Below, piece after piece: positions 1-13,545 of a stretch of DNA of 52,930 bases. Both the position numbers and the translations under genes were made by a program. The number at the start of each line of letters is the position of its first letter. The stretch's first letter is position 1. Source of the stretch: Octopus bimaculoides (taxonomy: Eukaryota); contig NC_068981.1 of the NCBI RefSeq assembly GCF_001194135.2, positions 141,897,350 through 141,950,279 on the forward strand, read 5' to 3'. The notes beneath the pieces are model-generated. The model was not told where the DNA came from. It did not search any database and saw only the letters and a list, made by a program, of their open reading frames with translations.

Positions 1-93
1 TAAAGACTAACTATGAAGTGTCGAAATATAATTTTGAACTTGTGACACCTAATAATTAGCACAAACCAACCGCATCATTTTATTGTTTTCTAA

Positions 94-302
94 GGCGGCG
101 AGCTGGCAGAAACGTTAGCACGCCGGGTAAAATGCTTAACTGTATTTCGTCTGTCTTTACGTCTTGAGTTCAAGCACCGCCTAGGTCAACTTTGCCTTTC
201 ATCCTTTCGGGGTCGATAGCAGTTGCGTGCTGGAGTCGTTCTAATCGACTGGCCCCATCCGCAAAAGTTTCGGGCCTTGTGCCAAAAGTAGGAAAGATTA
301 TT
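94..302 (+). mobile_element. tRNA-derived SINE, family A, near full length
   Basis: Head GGCGGCGAGCTGGCAGAA (A-box-like), GAGTTCAA B-box, central TTTGCCTTTCATCCTTTCGGGGTCGATA, 3' GGGCCTTGTGCC..AGTAG; more than 10 similar copies in the window. Confidence 0.9.
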
Positions 303-685
303 TTGTTTTTTATCATTGTACTAAGGTTAGAATCAAAATCTTTATTTCTTAACTTGGCTCAAAGTCACATGTACACTTGAGTATGGATGCATTGCACAAT
401 CGGTGGATGATCAAAAAAATGTTCTTTGGCATTTAGTCATGAGCTGACTACCGACGACAGGAATTTGCTGTTCTCTTACTTAGTCAAAAGTCAAGAAGTT
501 ATTGAGATGGGATTTTTCCTTATCTATTGAGTATCGGTCTTGCCCTGGCAGTAAGATCATTGCAATGGTTTTTCTGGCCCTCTCCAACCAAGGAGACTGA
601 CATGATAAAGTAATCTTGATCTAAGTGATTTCAAACTCCACCGTAAGTAATTATTTGCACATATTTTATTCCTTTATTCTATTTT

Positions 686-886
686 CTTTTACTAGTTTCA
701 TTCATTTGACTGCGGCCAAGCTGAAACACCGCCTTTAGGCGAACAAACAGGCCCCAGGAGTTGTTCTTTATAAGCCGAGTACTTATTCTATCGGTTTCTT
801 TTGCCGAACTGCTAAGTTACGGGGACATAAACACGCCAACATTGGTTGTGAATCGGTGGAGGGGGAACAAATATAGACATACAAAT

Positions 887-935
<49 letters not shown>

Positions 936-1088
936 CGATAGACTTCTTTCAGTTTCCGTCTACCAAATCCACTCACAAGATTTTGGTCGACCTGAGATCA
1001 TAGCAGGAGACATTTGTCCAATATGACATGCAGTGGGACTGAACCCAGAACCATGCGGTTGGTAAGTAAGCTTCTTACCACATAGTCA
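686..1088 (-). mobile_element. tRNA-derived SINE, family B, with internal (CA)n/(TA)n microsatellite
   Basis: On minus: TGTGGTAAG A-box-like, GGTTCAGTCCC B-box, GGTAGACGGAAACTGAAAGAAG before the microsatellite, tail GGCGGTG..GCCGCAGTCAAATGA..GAAAC; collinear with copy at 15534-16103. Confidence 0.9.
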
Positions 1089-1116
1089 TTGCAGTAATAA
1101 ACATTATATTTTCGTA

Positions 1117-1240
1117 CGACTTTGCCTTTCATCCTTTCGAGGTCGATAAAATAAATACCATTTATGAAGTGGTTCAATCTAATTGATTTAACCTGTACCC
1201 CGTTATTGCTGGTTTTGTGCCAAAATTTAAAACATTATTA
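1117..1240 (+). mobile_element. SINE family A, 5'-truncated
   Basis: ACTTTGCCTTTCATCCTTTCGAGGTCGATAAAAT core and TTGTGCCAAAAT tail. Confidence 0.75.
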
Positions 1241-1420
1241 ATTAGGTCAGTATTAATGCATGAATTTCTTTTAGTCATTTGAATTTGGTGTTTTCTCTAC
1301 CGCATACACATATTTCGTATGTACCATAAAAATCGTCGATGCAGGTACTTATGCTTGGGTTTCTAACAATTCAGCATATTTCGTTTTTATCAATCAAAAA
1401 CATTTCGGTATTGGGCCTCC

Positions 1421-1640
1421 TAATATTCTTTTCTACTCTAGGCACAAGGACCGAAATTTTGGGGGAAAGGAACAGTCAATTAAATTGACCTCAGTACGCA
1501 ACTAGTACCTTATTTATCGACCCCGAAACGATGAAAGGCAAAATTGACTTCTGGTGCAATTTGAACTCAGAACGTAAAGACAGACGAAATACCGTTAAGC
1601 ATTTAGACCGGCGAGTTAACGTTTCTGCCATCTCGCCGCC
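1421..1640 (-). mobile_element. SINE family A, full length
   Basis: Reverse complement of the family A head, B-box and core; collinear with 33851-34066. Confidence 0.9.
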
Positions 1641-4231
1641 TCATAATATTGGCATTGAGAACAGCAGTTTTATTGAATGCATGATTAGTAACATTGCTTT
1701 GTGAGTAAAATCAACAGAAAATTGAATCTCATGCATTCAAGACTTCTGGATGAATCTACATCGCGCAAGTAGCGCAGAATAGGCCTGCACCACCAAACTC
1801 CCTCATTCACCAAATATCACATATTAGACGAGATTTCAAGTATTGAAACCTAACGGTGGTGCTCAGGCTTGACCGCAGCTCTCGAGCTGAAACTAGTAAA
1901 GAAAAAAAAAAACCTCTGTTCAGAGTAAGGTATTGATAGAATAATAAGCGTTGGGCAAGATAGATCGATCCAGCTCTATGCTTATGGTTACAAATTCTAT
2001 GTTTTTTGACAGAAAACTCACTCTTCAAAAATCAGCTAATGGGTGTAAGCTTTTAATATCAGATCGTTGTTCGTTTGAAGAAACAACTGGTGCTTACCAC
2101 ATGCACCAATGTAAATAGTTGAATCTGTACTACAAGTGAATCAAGATTTAGGACAGAAACATATTCACATGTGTATAACTTGGGCTATTTTTTATTTATT
2201 TATTTTTTGTACGTATAACTGAGAATGCATTTGCCGATAACGTCCAGCTTCTATACCAAGATTATAAATTCACTTTATAAACCAGTAATAATTGGCGCAC
2301 TTGGCTTTTTGAGTGAATGTCAAAAGTGACAATCTGAATAAGCTACAGATTTCAGAAAAAGAAATCCACCAACTAGCCCCTGCTGTAAGTGGAAAAGTAA
2401 GTATATACGAGACTTTTATGAAATTTAAAATGTAACATTGATTTTGCTATCTACGTTCAGAAGATTGAGCTTTGAATCTTTGCTAGAAACCAACATCTTC
2501 AGAGAGAGAATTTGAATAATTGGAAACAGAAGACATACAAACATATATACATGTGTGTGTGTGTGTGTGTGTATGTGTGTGTGTGTGTGTGTGTGCGCGA
2601 GTGTGCTTTCTGGCCCGCATAAGAACAATCAAAATATATACATACATGCATACACACACGCACACACACACATACATACACATACACACGCACACGCACA
2701 CGCACACACACATATATATACGCATATCCATACACAAAAGACAGAGTCATTGAGAAAGATGATATGTGGTTTCCGGCACAAATACAAGCAGCCAATATAT
2801 ATATATATATAACGTCATATATATATATATATATATATACATATATAAAAGACGTCAATTTCTATTACTGCTAGCAATCGTATATCATCTTTCTATTTGG
2901 CTCCAGTATATTTATGTTTAAATGATTTCATATTTTCATTTACTTCCATACTTGCGTGTATATATATGTATTCCACATTAGTCCTCATTAGTGCATTTAT
3001 CTATGTGCGTGTATATAGTGTAAGTGTGTATTTATGTACGTACAGAAAGGGAATGAATGAGAGATATGTGTATACGTGCTTGTTTGTGTATGTGTATGCA
3101 TGCGGGTGGGTATTTGTTCGTGTTTGTACGTGTGAGTGTATGTGTGTGTGAGAGAAAGAGAGAAAGAGACAGATAGACAGACAGTGGAAGACAGAGGATT
3201 GAGTTAGTGAGCTCTGTATGAATGTATTGAACAAAATGTATATAGATCATTGTTTCAGATGTATATATATATATATATATATATATACATTGCAAATATC
3301 TTCCAGCAAGTTTATTTGTAAATTTACAAATACTTCGCATCATATGAACTTTTCACGCATAAACCAACAACTAATCTTATAGAGATTTAAACAGAGGGCA
3401 GAGTTTGCAGTAAAATCAATAGGCGGTCAGAACTTACATACTCTTATCACGCCAAGAACATCTTATTTAATTAACACTTTACCAACGAATCACAGTAGCA
3501 GAAAGATTGAGGTGCTCTTTGCTATCATGATCCAAGGGTTGTATGTTAGTTCTTCCGCACACTTGTTCTTGTAAGATTTCCTTTCTATTTTATTTGTGTT
3601 TTTAATCATACACATTCGTTGGAATACTCACACACTTACTCAATATTTATAAATACTAAGACACACACACACGTAAATATACTCACACACATATGTTTGT
3701 GTTTATATATATCTATATACGTATGTATGTCTCTGTATTAATATATATATATAAGTGACTCGTGTGACGAAAGTTTCGCTCATTGCTGATATTATATAAT
3801 TTTACTGCTGAATAAAATAAATGTTTATACTCTGAAATATTGTGTGCTATTTTCCGTTTGTTCAAGAAATCCTATGCAAAGTGTCGTGGAGAGGTTAAAC
3901 AGTTCTCATGGTAATCGTAAGGTCCCAGATTCGATTTCACTGCATGACAACTTGGCAGATATGGTCTACTACATTCCCGAGCTAGCTTAAGTCTTATTAA
4001 TTAAACTGCGGACGTGAAATTTCTGAAAGGCCACTGAATGAACTGTACCTATCATACAAGTGGCAGACCTTGTTATACACCCTTCTCACTGATACTACCA
4101 CTTGATTACATTAGGTTTGCAAGTGACAAGGGAATGCCAAGTGAATAATAGCATAACTAAATAGATAGCTCATAGAAAACCCAGTTAATAGAAAACCTAG
4201 AATACTCGCTCTGAAACATATGAAACCCGAA

Positions 4232-4257
4232 TTTTTCTTACTCCATTCCGTAACTCT

Positions 4258-4289
<32 letters not shown>

Positions 4290-4357
4290 CAAGAGTTACG
4301 GAATGGAGTAAGAAAAAACATATATATATTCAAGAGTTACGGAATGGAGTAAGAAAA
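4232..4357. repeat. Perfect 30-bp inverted repeat around (AT)n plus a third direct copy
   Basis: 4232-4261 is the exact reverse complement of 4288-4317; unit repeats at 4331-4357 just before an N gap. Confidence 0.9.
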
Positions 4358-5269
4358 CNNNNNNNNNNNNNNNNNNNNNNNNNNNNNNNNNNNNNNNNNN
4401 NNNNNNNNNNNNNNNNNNNNNNNNNNNNNNNNNNNNNNNNNNNNNNNNNNNNNNNNNNNNNNNNNNNNNTATATATATATATATATATATATGATCTGTA
4501 CAGTTTGGCACACAGATATTTTAATAAATTGTTTGATTAAACAACTTGAAACTTGGTGTACTGGTGGAATTTCTCACCCGGAACTCGGTTTACTTTGAAT
4601 ATTTTTTAAAAATGCGTGCTTTAGAAGTTATTCCGTGTTAAACTTGTCGTATTTGGGTAATTTTAGCATATCAGCAGCGTGTATTCAGTTGAAGAAAACT
4701 ACTGCTGTTTGCGATAGTAATCGAAGAGGAACAACTTCCGGGTTATCTCTACTAAATGTCACCAGTCTGTTCTATTCGTATGTCGAGCGAAGTAGATGCC
4801 ACCATTATCCTTTCTTCCTTTCTAGTCAGCACCCTGCATTCCTTACTCTTTCCCTCCCTACTGGCAGACAGCCACTATCAACCAGTGAGCGAACTTGTTA
4901 CTGCCACTACAAATACCGTATTTTCCGGTGAATAAGCCGCTATTTTTTATCGGGAAAATTTAGAATGTGGCTTACGGCTACAGTACATTGGTGCCTGGAA
5001 GAAAACAACGCATATTTGTTTTGTTTTACCTTCATGTTTTCATAATGTGAATTTTAATCCAATAAAGACTTTTACATTGACGAAATATGTTTGTTGTTGA
5101 TTATAGTAAGATAAAAATCATAACAATAAGTTGTAAAAATGAGTGTACCACTTCTTCGTTCTCTCATCATTTGATTATCCTTTGATGATTCCATGCTTTG
5201 CAGCTTTCCGACCAGTGATGGAGTTAATCAGCCTCCAGCTTTCTCCGTGCTTACTCTTTGCGTCTGCGT

Positions 5270-6786
5270 TCTTGACCTGGAAGATCAAAATGAAGAATTC
5301 GCAAAGATACTGGACCGTTTGCAAATGGAGACTTTACAACACAAGAAATAGAAAGAGCTACACGTAATTCTGGAAGAAGGAAAACAAACTGGTCCTGGCA
5401 ACATCCTACCAGAAGTACTAAAAAGTTGTGTTTTGGACATCATCTTTGAATTTGCAAACAAACTACCAAATGAGAATGTGAAGCCAGAACAATGGTCTGA
5501 GATAGACTTGCTACCGCTGCCCAAACCTGGAAACCTAAGTGATACTGGGAATTACAGAGGGATCAGTCTGTCAACCATTGTTGCAAAAACGGTGAAGAAG
5601 ATGATACTTAACCGAATATAACCTATGATAGACGAACAATTGTGACCAAGTCAAAATGGATTCAGATCAGGACGGTCAACAACATCTCGCATTGTCGCAC
5701 TTTGAAGACTGATAGAGGGAGTTAAGAGACTTAACAGGAAGGCTGTCATTATCTACGTGGACTTTAAAAAGGCTTTTGATTCAGAACATATGATATTTCA
5801 CCAAGAATTCTGAGAGCAATAAGTAAGCTGTATGAGAACACCATAGCGAAAGTGATCACTCCTGATGGAGAGACGGAATACTTTGAAGTGAAAGCCGGAG
5901 TATTATAAGGCGACACGCAAGCAACTTATCTCTTCGCCATTGTCCTGGACTATGTAAAGCGTAGAGCCTACGAGGGCAAGGAAGAAGAACCGCGATTCAA
6001 ACTACATAGGCAAAGAAGTAGACGGTATCAAGCAGTAACAGTAACTGGCCTACACTATGCTGATGACCTAGCATTACTAACAGAGAGGACAGATCAGGCA
6101 CAGATGTGCTGAGCAGATTAGATCAGGAATCAGGGAAGGTAGGATTGTACTGTAACGCAAAGTAAACAGAGTTGCAAGTATTCAACCACAAAATGCCTGT
6201 GTCATTGAAAGTGAGAGACGGTAAGTCGCTCAAGGTAGTTAAAAATTTCAAATACCTTGGCGCGTGGTCACAAAATACTGAAAATGACATCGCAGCAAGG
6301 AAAGCTCTTGCCTGGAGCGCATGCCATAAATTGATAAAGGTATGGAGTTCAAAGTTAGCAAGGAAATTTAAAGTGAGGTTGTTTCTGGCAACAGTGGAGT
6401 CTGTTCTTCTATACGAGGCTGAAACATGGACTAAAGCATTGAAGATGAATTTGGACGGTTGTTATACGAGGATGCTTAGAATGGCACTCAATGTTTCCTG
6501 GAAAAATCATACAACAAACGCCGACTTATATCAGGGACTACCAAAAGTAGCATTGAAGATACAACATAAAAGGATGAGGCTAGCTGGACACTGCATCAGA
6601 CATACCGATGAAATTTCTAACAAGCTAGGACCAAGATAAGAAGGAGGAAAAGGACCTATATCTACAACTTGCAGAAGGATACTGGTATGGAAGGGTTACA
6701 GGAGCCGAGGATCATTATGGAAGATCGCGATGAATGGGGAAAACGTGTGGAAACAGTCTTGGAGCATCCTGAGTGACGACCTATAT

Positions 6787-6817
<31 letters not shown>
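5270..6817 (+). pseudogene. Decayed RTE-clade LINE, RT domain and 3' end with (GATA)n tail
   Basis: PLPKPGNLSDTGNYRGISL, QNGFRSGRST, YVDFKKAFDS, YADD at 6056-6067, FKYLG, ESVLLY..ETWT; several stops and frameshifts; ends in (AGAT)n. Confidence 0.92.
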
Positions 6818-8448
6818 CCTTGAATCTTCATTGTTTAAAAATGAGAGTGAATGATTACTATTAGAATGTTCCAATTCATAGTTATGGTAAGTCATATAGA
6901 GTTCACCTGATATAAAACAATAACAAAAACAATAAATTGCAAACAAGTTCTTGATAGTATCAAACATCCAAAACAAAAAAATAATCTGACGCCTGCACTA
7001 TTCTAACTACCATAGACCACAACAATTCCTTTTGCCACCAACTTATTCAAAAAGTGGACTATACTTCTTTATAATGTACGTGTTGATTGGTCTCAGTTCT
7101 GACCTGATTTAGCATACCTATGGTTAAAGACATCTCGAATATGTTCATCCATCATAATCTCAAATGCAGCGCAATGTAGATCAACATGCATTGTGTATCC
7201 TTCACCCATTTAAAGATAATTGAGTTTGATTTGGTTGGCACTTCTAACAGAGCGTGTGAGCAATACAAGCCGCTTGTCGATATAAACAGGAGAGTATATA
7301 AGAATCACCTACTTCGTATTTTTTCTAGAACTCTTCTTCTGATCAAATATTAATATCTCTCTCTGTATAATCAAACTGCTTAGCGATTCGATATAGTTTT
7401 CCCTTATAATTCTTAACCACTGTAATTCATTTGTTAGAGAGTCATCCAGTGTAATCTACGCGATTGCTGTCTCTGTTAGAAATAATATCCAAATTTACAT
7501 CAAATCATACAGTACCAACTTGAAAATTTATGCATCATTTCTGTTCTATGAAAGCTTACAAGAGGACAACATGACAATTAGAAGAGCAATGAAAAAAAAA
7601 AACGTGTTATATAGTAGTTCTCTTTTTCTTTTTTTTTTGTTTTCAATGTAATGATAGGTATAGGAAGTGATCAATCTCTTAAGAGCAACAAACATAAAAT
7701 AAAACATTTCTATGTGGATGTCGCCCCAGTAAAACTACGTTGGTAACCTCTAAAAGATTTGAGCAGAAATAGATGAAAGACGAAGTAAAGCAAGTAGAGA
7801 CTATATTCGACTACAAGGAATACTATTACGGGTGCAGTCTAATCAATAAAGTGTCAATTAAGTGTTCAGCTAATGTAAATGTCTTATATAATGTTAACGT
7901 TAGAGATGACTATTTGATGCAAAACTTTCGGGAATTTTATTTTGATTATAGATTTACTCAAAACAGTAGGTGCATTTGGTCACAATTAGTCACTGTAATT
8001 TCCACTAGACTGCAGCTTTAAAACTAGAGACAATTAATTTCCTCTAGACTGAAGTTTTAACTACAGACTACCTACTGAAAACTACAGATTGTGCAGAGAT
8101 AATATATAACTTCCCGTTATTTAAGTGTCTTAATTAATTCTGAAGAACAGGAGTGATAATAATAACGTTGAGTAAAAATTTGCATACATGTTTCCGTTGT
8201 AGTCTAGACGCAGATTTCATTTTATTTTATTTTTTTAATGCCAAATAATGACGCATTAAACGGCGAATGTAGTGAGAGTATAATGTTGTTTGCTGTGATT
8301 GTGATGATCTGGGTGATATCGAGATTTGTATCTTATGGCCGTCACTGCCGGATAGAGTTAAAGAGGCACAGCCATAACGTACGGTACCTCTTGGTCATTT
8401 TTTAAACTGGGAGATCGTATCCCTTTCTATGTCTGATCAAAGTCTATT

Positions 8449-8626
8449 ATTTCTTCTTCTTCTTCTTCTTCTTCTTCTTCTTCTTCTTCTTCTTCTTCTT
8501 CTTCTTCTTCCTTCTCCTTCTCCTTCTTCTTTTTCTTCTTCTTCTTCTTCTTCTTCTTCTTCCTTCTCCTTCTCCTTCTTTTTCTTCTTCTTCTTCTTCT
8601 TCTTCTTCTTCTTCTTCTTCTTCTTC
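8449..8626. repeat. (TTC)n microsatellite
   Basis: Direct reading; runs into a gap. Confidence 0.97.
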
Positions 8627-11123
8627 NNNNNNNNNNNNNNNNNNNNNNNNNNNNNNNNNNNNNNNNNNNNNNNNNNNNNNNNNNNNNNNNNNNNNNNNNN
8701 NNNNNNNNNNNNNNNNNNNNNNNNNNNNNNNNNNNNNNNNNNNNNNNNNNNNNNNNNNNNNNNNNNNNNNNNNNNNNNNNNNNNNNNNNNNNNNNNNNCT
8801 CTTCCGGATTTGAACTCAGAGCTCAGAAAGCCCGAACCAATACCGAAAAAAAAAAAAATTCTTTCCGATGCTCTAATGACTCTGCCCAATTCAACGGTAG
8901 CACAAAAGTGTAATGTTTCATTAGCTCCGAGTGTCTACTTCATGTGTTCATGTGGGACAACAATTGATGAGAGTCGAGGTGGGATAGGGGAGGGTGATTG
9001 TACATAAATCTAAGCTGTTAAAATCAGAAAACATGTTCCTCAACGTAAGCAGTGTTTCGCTTCCAGATCTTAGTGTCTAACTGAAATTTTATTGTGGATT
9101 ACAGTATTCATATATCGGAGGAGGAGGAGGAGAAAAGAAAGGAAGTGCAGATTCAACAGCCCACATTACGTAAAACTATACAATGGCACGGAAGTATATA
9201 AAATCAAAAGCGTTATTGTTTACGTTGCTCTTGTTGGCTATTTCTAAATCAGCGCTAACTGGATAGACTTGTGAAACAAGTTCCAATTATGACTATAACA
9301 TTATTTTCTAGGGATAGTGAATCTACGACTACTTAGTCCAATGTGCGTGTGTGTTTTTGTGTGCGTGCCTGTGTGTGTGTGTGTGTGCTTGCGTGTGTGC
9401 ATGCTTGTGTGCGTGTGCTCGCGCACGTTCGCGTATTTGCATTTTAAGACAATATGCTGTGATCAATTTAATGGAGATTTGATTTCTGTTATTTGCAAAT
9501 CGAGATAACGTGTACATGTTATACGTGATTAAAAGATACAAAACGTACATTGCAAAGAAAGTATGTAAACTTCGGCTGGAAATAAAGACATAAGATCGTT
9601 CAATCAAGCTAGTGGATTGGTGTGATGCATGAACAGACGCGTTAAAGAAAAATACTGTGCGATCTTACCAGAATTGCTAGATATAGCAGCACAATTTATC
9701 TCAAATATTTCCCTGCGTTCTAAAATTAACGAAAAAAACAAAAAAACAAAACAACAATAGGACACATTGTATAATATACTTCTAAATACAGAATATCATA
9801 CAGAAAAGACAGGAATGTTATAGCTGAAAGATGCTTGATCATAGGTCAATTCCAGCTGTCCTGATCTGAGCCCAAACAACAAAAATGACAAGAAAGACGA
9901 CGACAACAGCAGTTACCACTGTTACCACCACCACCACCAACATCATCGTCGTCAGCAACAACAACAACAATGGCAACAATAATAACAACAACAGGAAACA
10001 TGATAGATAATAAATCCGTCTGATCCATGTCATCACGAAAAGCTGCGCGTTCAACCAGTGATCATATTGTTTACGCGTACAGTAATATAGATACGGGATT
10101 TTGATATGAAGAAGTATTCTTAACATGTTAATCTGGACTGAGTTCGTGTTAGGGAAATTTGCCGGCATCTGACGTNNNNNNNNNNNNNNNNNNNNNNNNN
10201 NNNNNNNNNNNNNNNNNNNNNNNNNNNNNNNNNNNNNNNNNNNNNNNNNNNNNNNNNNNNNNNNNNNNNNNNNNNNNNNNNNNNNNNNNNNNNNNNNNNN
10301 NNNNNNNNNNNNNNNNNNNNNNNNNNNNNNNNNNNNNNNNNNNNNNNNNNNNNNNNNNNNNNNNNNNNNNNNNNNNNNNNNNNNNNNNNNNNNNNNNNNN
10401 NNNNNNNNNNNNNNNNNNNNNNNNNNNNNNNNNNNNNNNNNNNNNNNNNNNNNNNNNNNNNNNNNNNNNNNNNNNNNNNNNNNNNNNNNNNNNNNNNNNN
10501 NNNNNNNNNNNNNNNNNNNNNNNNNNNNNNNNNNNNNNNNNNNNNNNNNNNNNNNNNNNNNNNNNNNNNNNNNNNNNNNNNNNNNNNNNNNNNNNNNNNN
10601 NNNNNNNNNNNNNNNNNNNNNNNNNNNNNNNNNNNNNNNNNNNNNNNNNNNNNNNNNNNNNNNNNNNNNNNNNNNNNNNNNNNNNNNNNNNNNNNNNNNN
10701 NNNNNNNNNNNNNNNNNNNNNNNNNNNNNNNNNNNNNNNNNNNNNNNNNNNNNNNNNNNNNNNNNNNNNNNNNNNNNNNNNNNNNNNNNNNNNNNNNNNN
10801 NNNNNNNNNNNNNNNNNNNNNNNNNNNNNNNNNNNNNNNNNNNNNNNNNNNNNNNNNNNNNNNNNNNNNNNNNNNNNNNNNNNNNNNNNNNNNNNNNNNN
10901 NNNNNNNNNNNNNNNNNNNNNNNNNNNNNNNNNNNNNNNNNNNNNNNNNNNNNNNNNNNNNNNNNNNNNNNNNNNNNNNNNNNNNNNNNNNNNNNNNNNN
11001 NNNNNNNNNNNNNNNNNNNNNNNNATCTATATAAATATATAGAATATACCTTTATATATTTCTATATAAATTTATATTTATATTTATATATACATAAAGA
11101 TATATGCCCGTGTATAAATATAC

Positions 11124-11124
<1 letters not shown>

Positions 11125-11161
<37 letters not shown>

Positions 11162-11382
11162 CAATATTTCTCCCGATTAAATACGCACGAACATACACAC
11201 ACATTTACACCCATCCACACACTTCCACGCACACACACACACACACACGCACTCACACACACACGCATACACACATACACACAGATGTACACACACACAC
11301 ACTAACACACACACTAACACACACACACAAACACACACACACACGTATACACACATACACACAGATATACGCACACACACTA

Positions 11383-11463
<81 letters not shown>
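11125..11463. repeat. (TG)n followed by a long imperfect (CA)n array
   Basis: Direct reading. Confidence 0.95.
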
Positions 11464-11466
<3 letters not shown>

Positions 11467-11595
11467 CACGTACAAAGACAAAAAAGCAAAATCGGAAACT
11501 GATATTTTCTTTATCAAGAAATATTTCCGGAAAATATGCATTTCCGTTAGCAAATCTCACTGATAGGAGAATAGCATACACTTGCAACATCTCAC

Positions 11596-11697
11596 TTGTG
11601 CAGACAGAAGTGGGATATAATGGAATAAAACAGACTGAAAAATCCACCAGTAAAATCTTTGTAGAAACCACTGTGGTAATGCAAGTACGACGTTGAA
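11596..11697 (-). CDS. Candidate internal exon of unidentified host gene, frame unresolved
   Basis: tag acceptor and CAA/gtgaga donor; 102 bp open in all three minus frames; one frame (LSTSYLHYHSGFYKDFTGGFFSLFYSIISHFCLH) is phase-compatible with 18401-18444. Confidence 0.35.
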
Positions 11698-12169
11698 CTA
11701 TAGCGACAGTCTTAAAGGGATACACACCATAATCCCCTTGTTTTCTATCTTGATTTATATATGTATGTATTTATTATCTTACTAACATATATTGTAGAGA
11801 TAACCGAAGTCAGATGTTTCGGGCTGTTTCCTTTCTCTTTATTTTATTGTTTTTTTTTTTACTTGTTATTGTATTATATTTATGTTTCGTTTAGTTTTTT
11901 AGTTGTTAAGCTGCGGTTTAGGTCGCAAACATTCGTTTGTATGTGTAATTTTTCAATGTGTTTTTTTTTTCAGGCCAAAAATCTTTGAAATTATTCCCAT
12001 GATTAATTTTGTGTGCAGGAGAGAGATTGGTGGAGGTGGGGGTGGGATGAATCAGACAGACATAGTTAGGGAAAGGAAAAAGTAAGAAAGAGAGAGAAAA
12101 TATGTGATAGATAGAGAAAAAGAGAATGGGGGCTTTCTGAAGTATTTAAATAATACGTGTATATGTATC

Positions 12170-12170
<1 letters not shown>

Positions 12171-12218
<48 letters not shown>

Positions 12219-12456
12219 ATGTGTATGTGCATGTGTGTGTATGTGTGNNNNNNNNNNTGTGTGTGTGTGTGTGTGTGCATGTGTATGTGCATGTGTGTGT
12301 GTATGTGTGTGTGTATGTGTGTGTGTGCCTGTGTGTATGTGTGTATGTGTGTGTGTATGTGTGTGTATGTGTGTGTGTGCCTGTGTGTATGTGTGTATGT
12401 GTGTGTATGTGTGTGTATGTGTGTGTGTATGTGTGAATGTGTGTGTGCGTGTGTGT

Positions 12457-12546
<90 letters not shown>
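12171..12546. repeat. (TG)n / (TGTA)n microsatellite
   Basis: Direct reading. Confidence 0.97.
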
Positions 12547-12547
<1 letters not shown>

Positions 12548-13326
12548 CGAGTCGATGGATGAATGGATGGATATTTAAGTCATGAAAGGAGAAACTTAGA
12601 AATCACTGGCAACAAAAATATTAGATAAGTCGTGTATTGCGTCATTATTTAAGCAACTTTTGTTTATATGTATGTATATATGGATGTACGTACGCATGTA
12701 TGTATATGTATGTAAGTATGTATGTATAATCAGTTATCTTTTAAAGTTAAAAGTGTATGTATGTACGCACACAAGCATACGCACACCATGTTTCTCCTAA
12801 CAAACTTGTTATCATATCACCTCTCCCACCACCTTAATAGCAATAACTCCAACTACAACCACGTGCACCAGAATTTCCACCACCACCACCACTACCCTTC
12901 AAAACTGACTAAACTAAGCCTCATAACACTCTTGTGTCGGCTCAACCGGGTTCTGTTGTTGTTGTTATTGCTTTTATTCTTGTTGTTGTAGTTTCACTAC
13001 TAATTCTCTAACAAATCTGCAAATATTCCCCCAAAAGATAATGCCTTATCTCCAACAGCACATTTTAAAAAAGACCAGGCTTTTTTTTTCGGTCCTTTAC
13101 CCAGCTTTCCCCTCAACTCCTCTTCATTATAATTATCTTAGATGGTGAATGGCAGAATGTGTTATCCCACCGGAGTTGACTATGCTTTTCATCCATCCGG
13201 TCTCCACGAAATTAATAAGACCAAAGCGAAGTAAAGAGGTTGATTAAAACCTTTATACACCTTCACCAATCTCTGGTCTTGTGTCAAGATTATAAGCTGT
13301 GATTCAATATTGTTCTTGTGATAAAA

Positions 13327-13545
13327 GCAGCGAGCCGGCAGAGTCATTTGCATGCCAGGCGAAACACTTTGCGACATTTCGTCCGTATTTACGTTCTGAG
13401 TTCAAACGCCGCCTAAGTCGACATTGTATTTCATCCTTTCGGGGTCGATAAAATAAGTACCCGTTGAGTACTGGGGTAGATGTAATCGACTTATACCCTC
13501 CCTCAAAACTGCTGGCTTTGTGTCCAAAACTGAAACCAATATTGT
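13327..13545 (+). mobile_element. SINE family A, diverged
   Basis: CGAGCCGGCAGA head, GAGTTCAAA B-box, TTTCATCCTTTCGGGGTCGATAAAATAAGTACC core. Confidence 0.85.

Noticed and set aside
484-642. Plus-strand segment with strong acceptor and gtaagt donor
   Set aside because: Stops in all three frames; cannot be supported as coding
2283-2460. Splice-like signals on both strands (plus gtaagt donor and 64-bp intron; minus ttacag acceptor)
   Set aside because: The plus join hits a stop immediately and the minus exon lacks a convincing donor
2483-2858. Poly-CV/HT/IY/LS ORFs here and throughout the window
   Set aside because: Translations of di-, tri- and tetranucleotide microsatellites
4914-4990. 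TACCGTATTTTCCGG transposon-like terminus
   Set aside because: No matching second TIR found
10159-11034. Long ORFs spanning N runs (also near 19.7, 24.1, 32.4, 36.8, 39.8, 44.7 and 49.3 kb)
   Set aside because: Open only because Ns and simple repeats contain no stops
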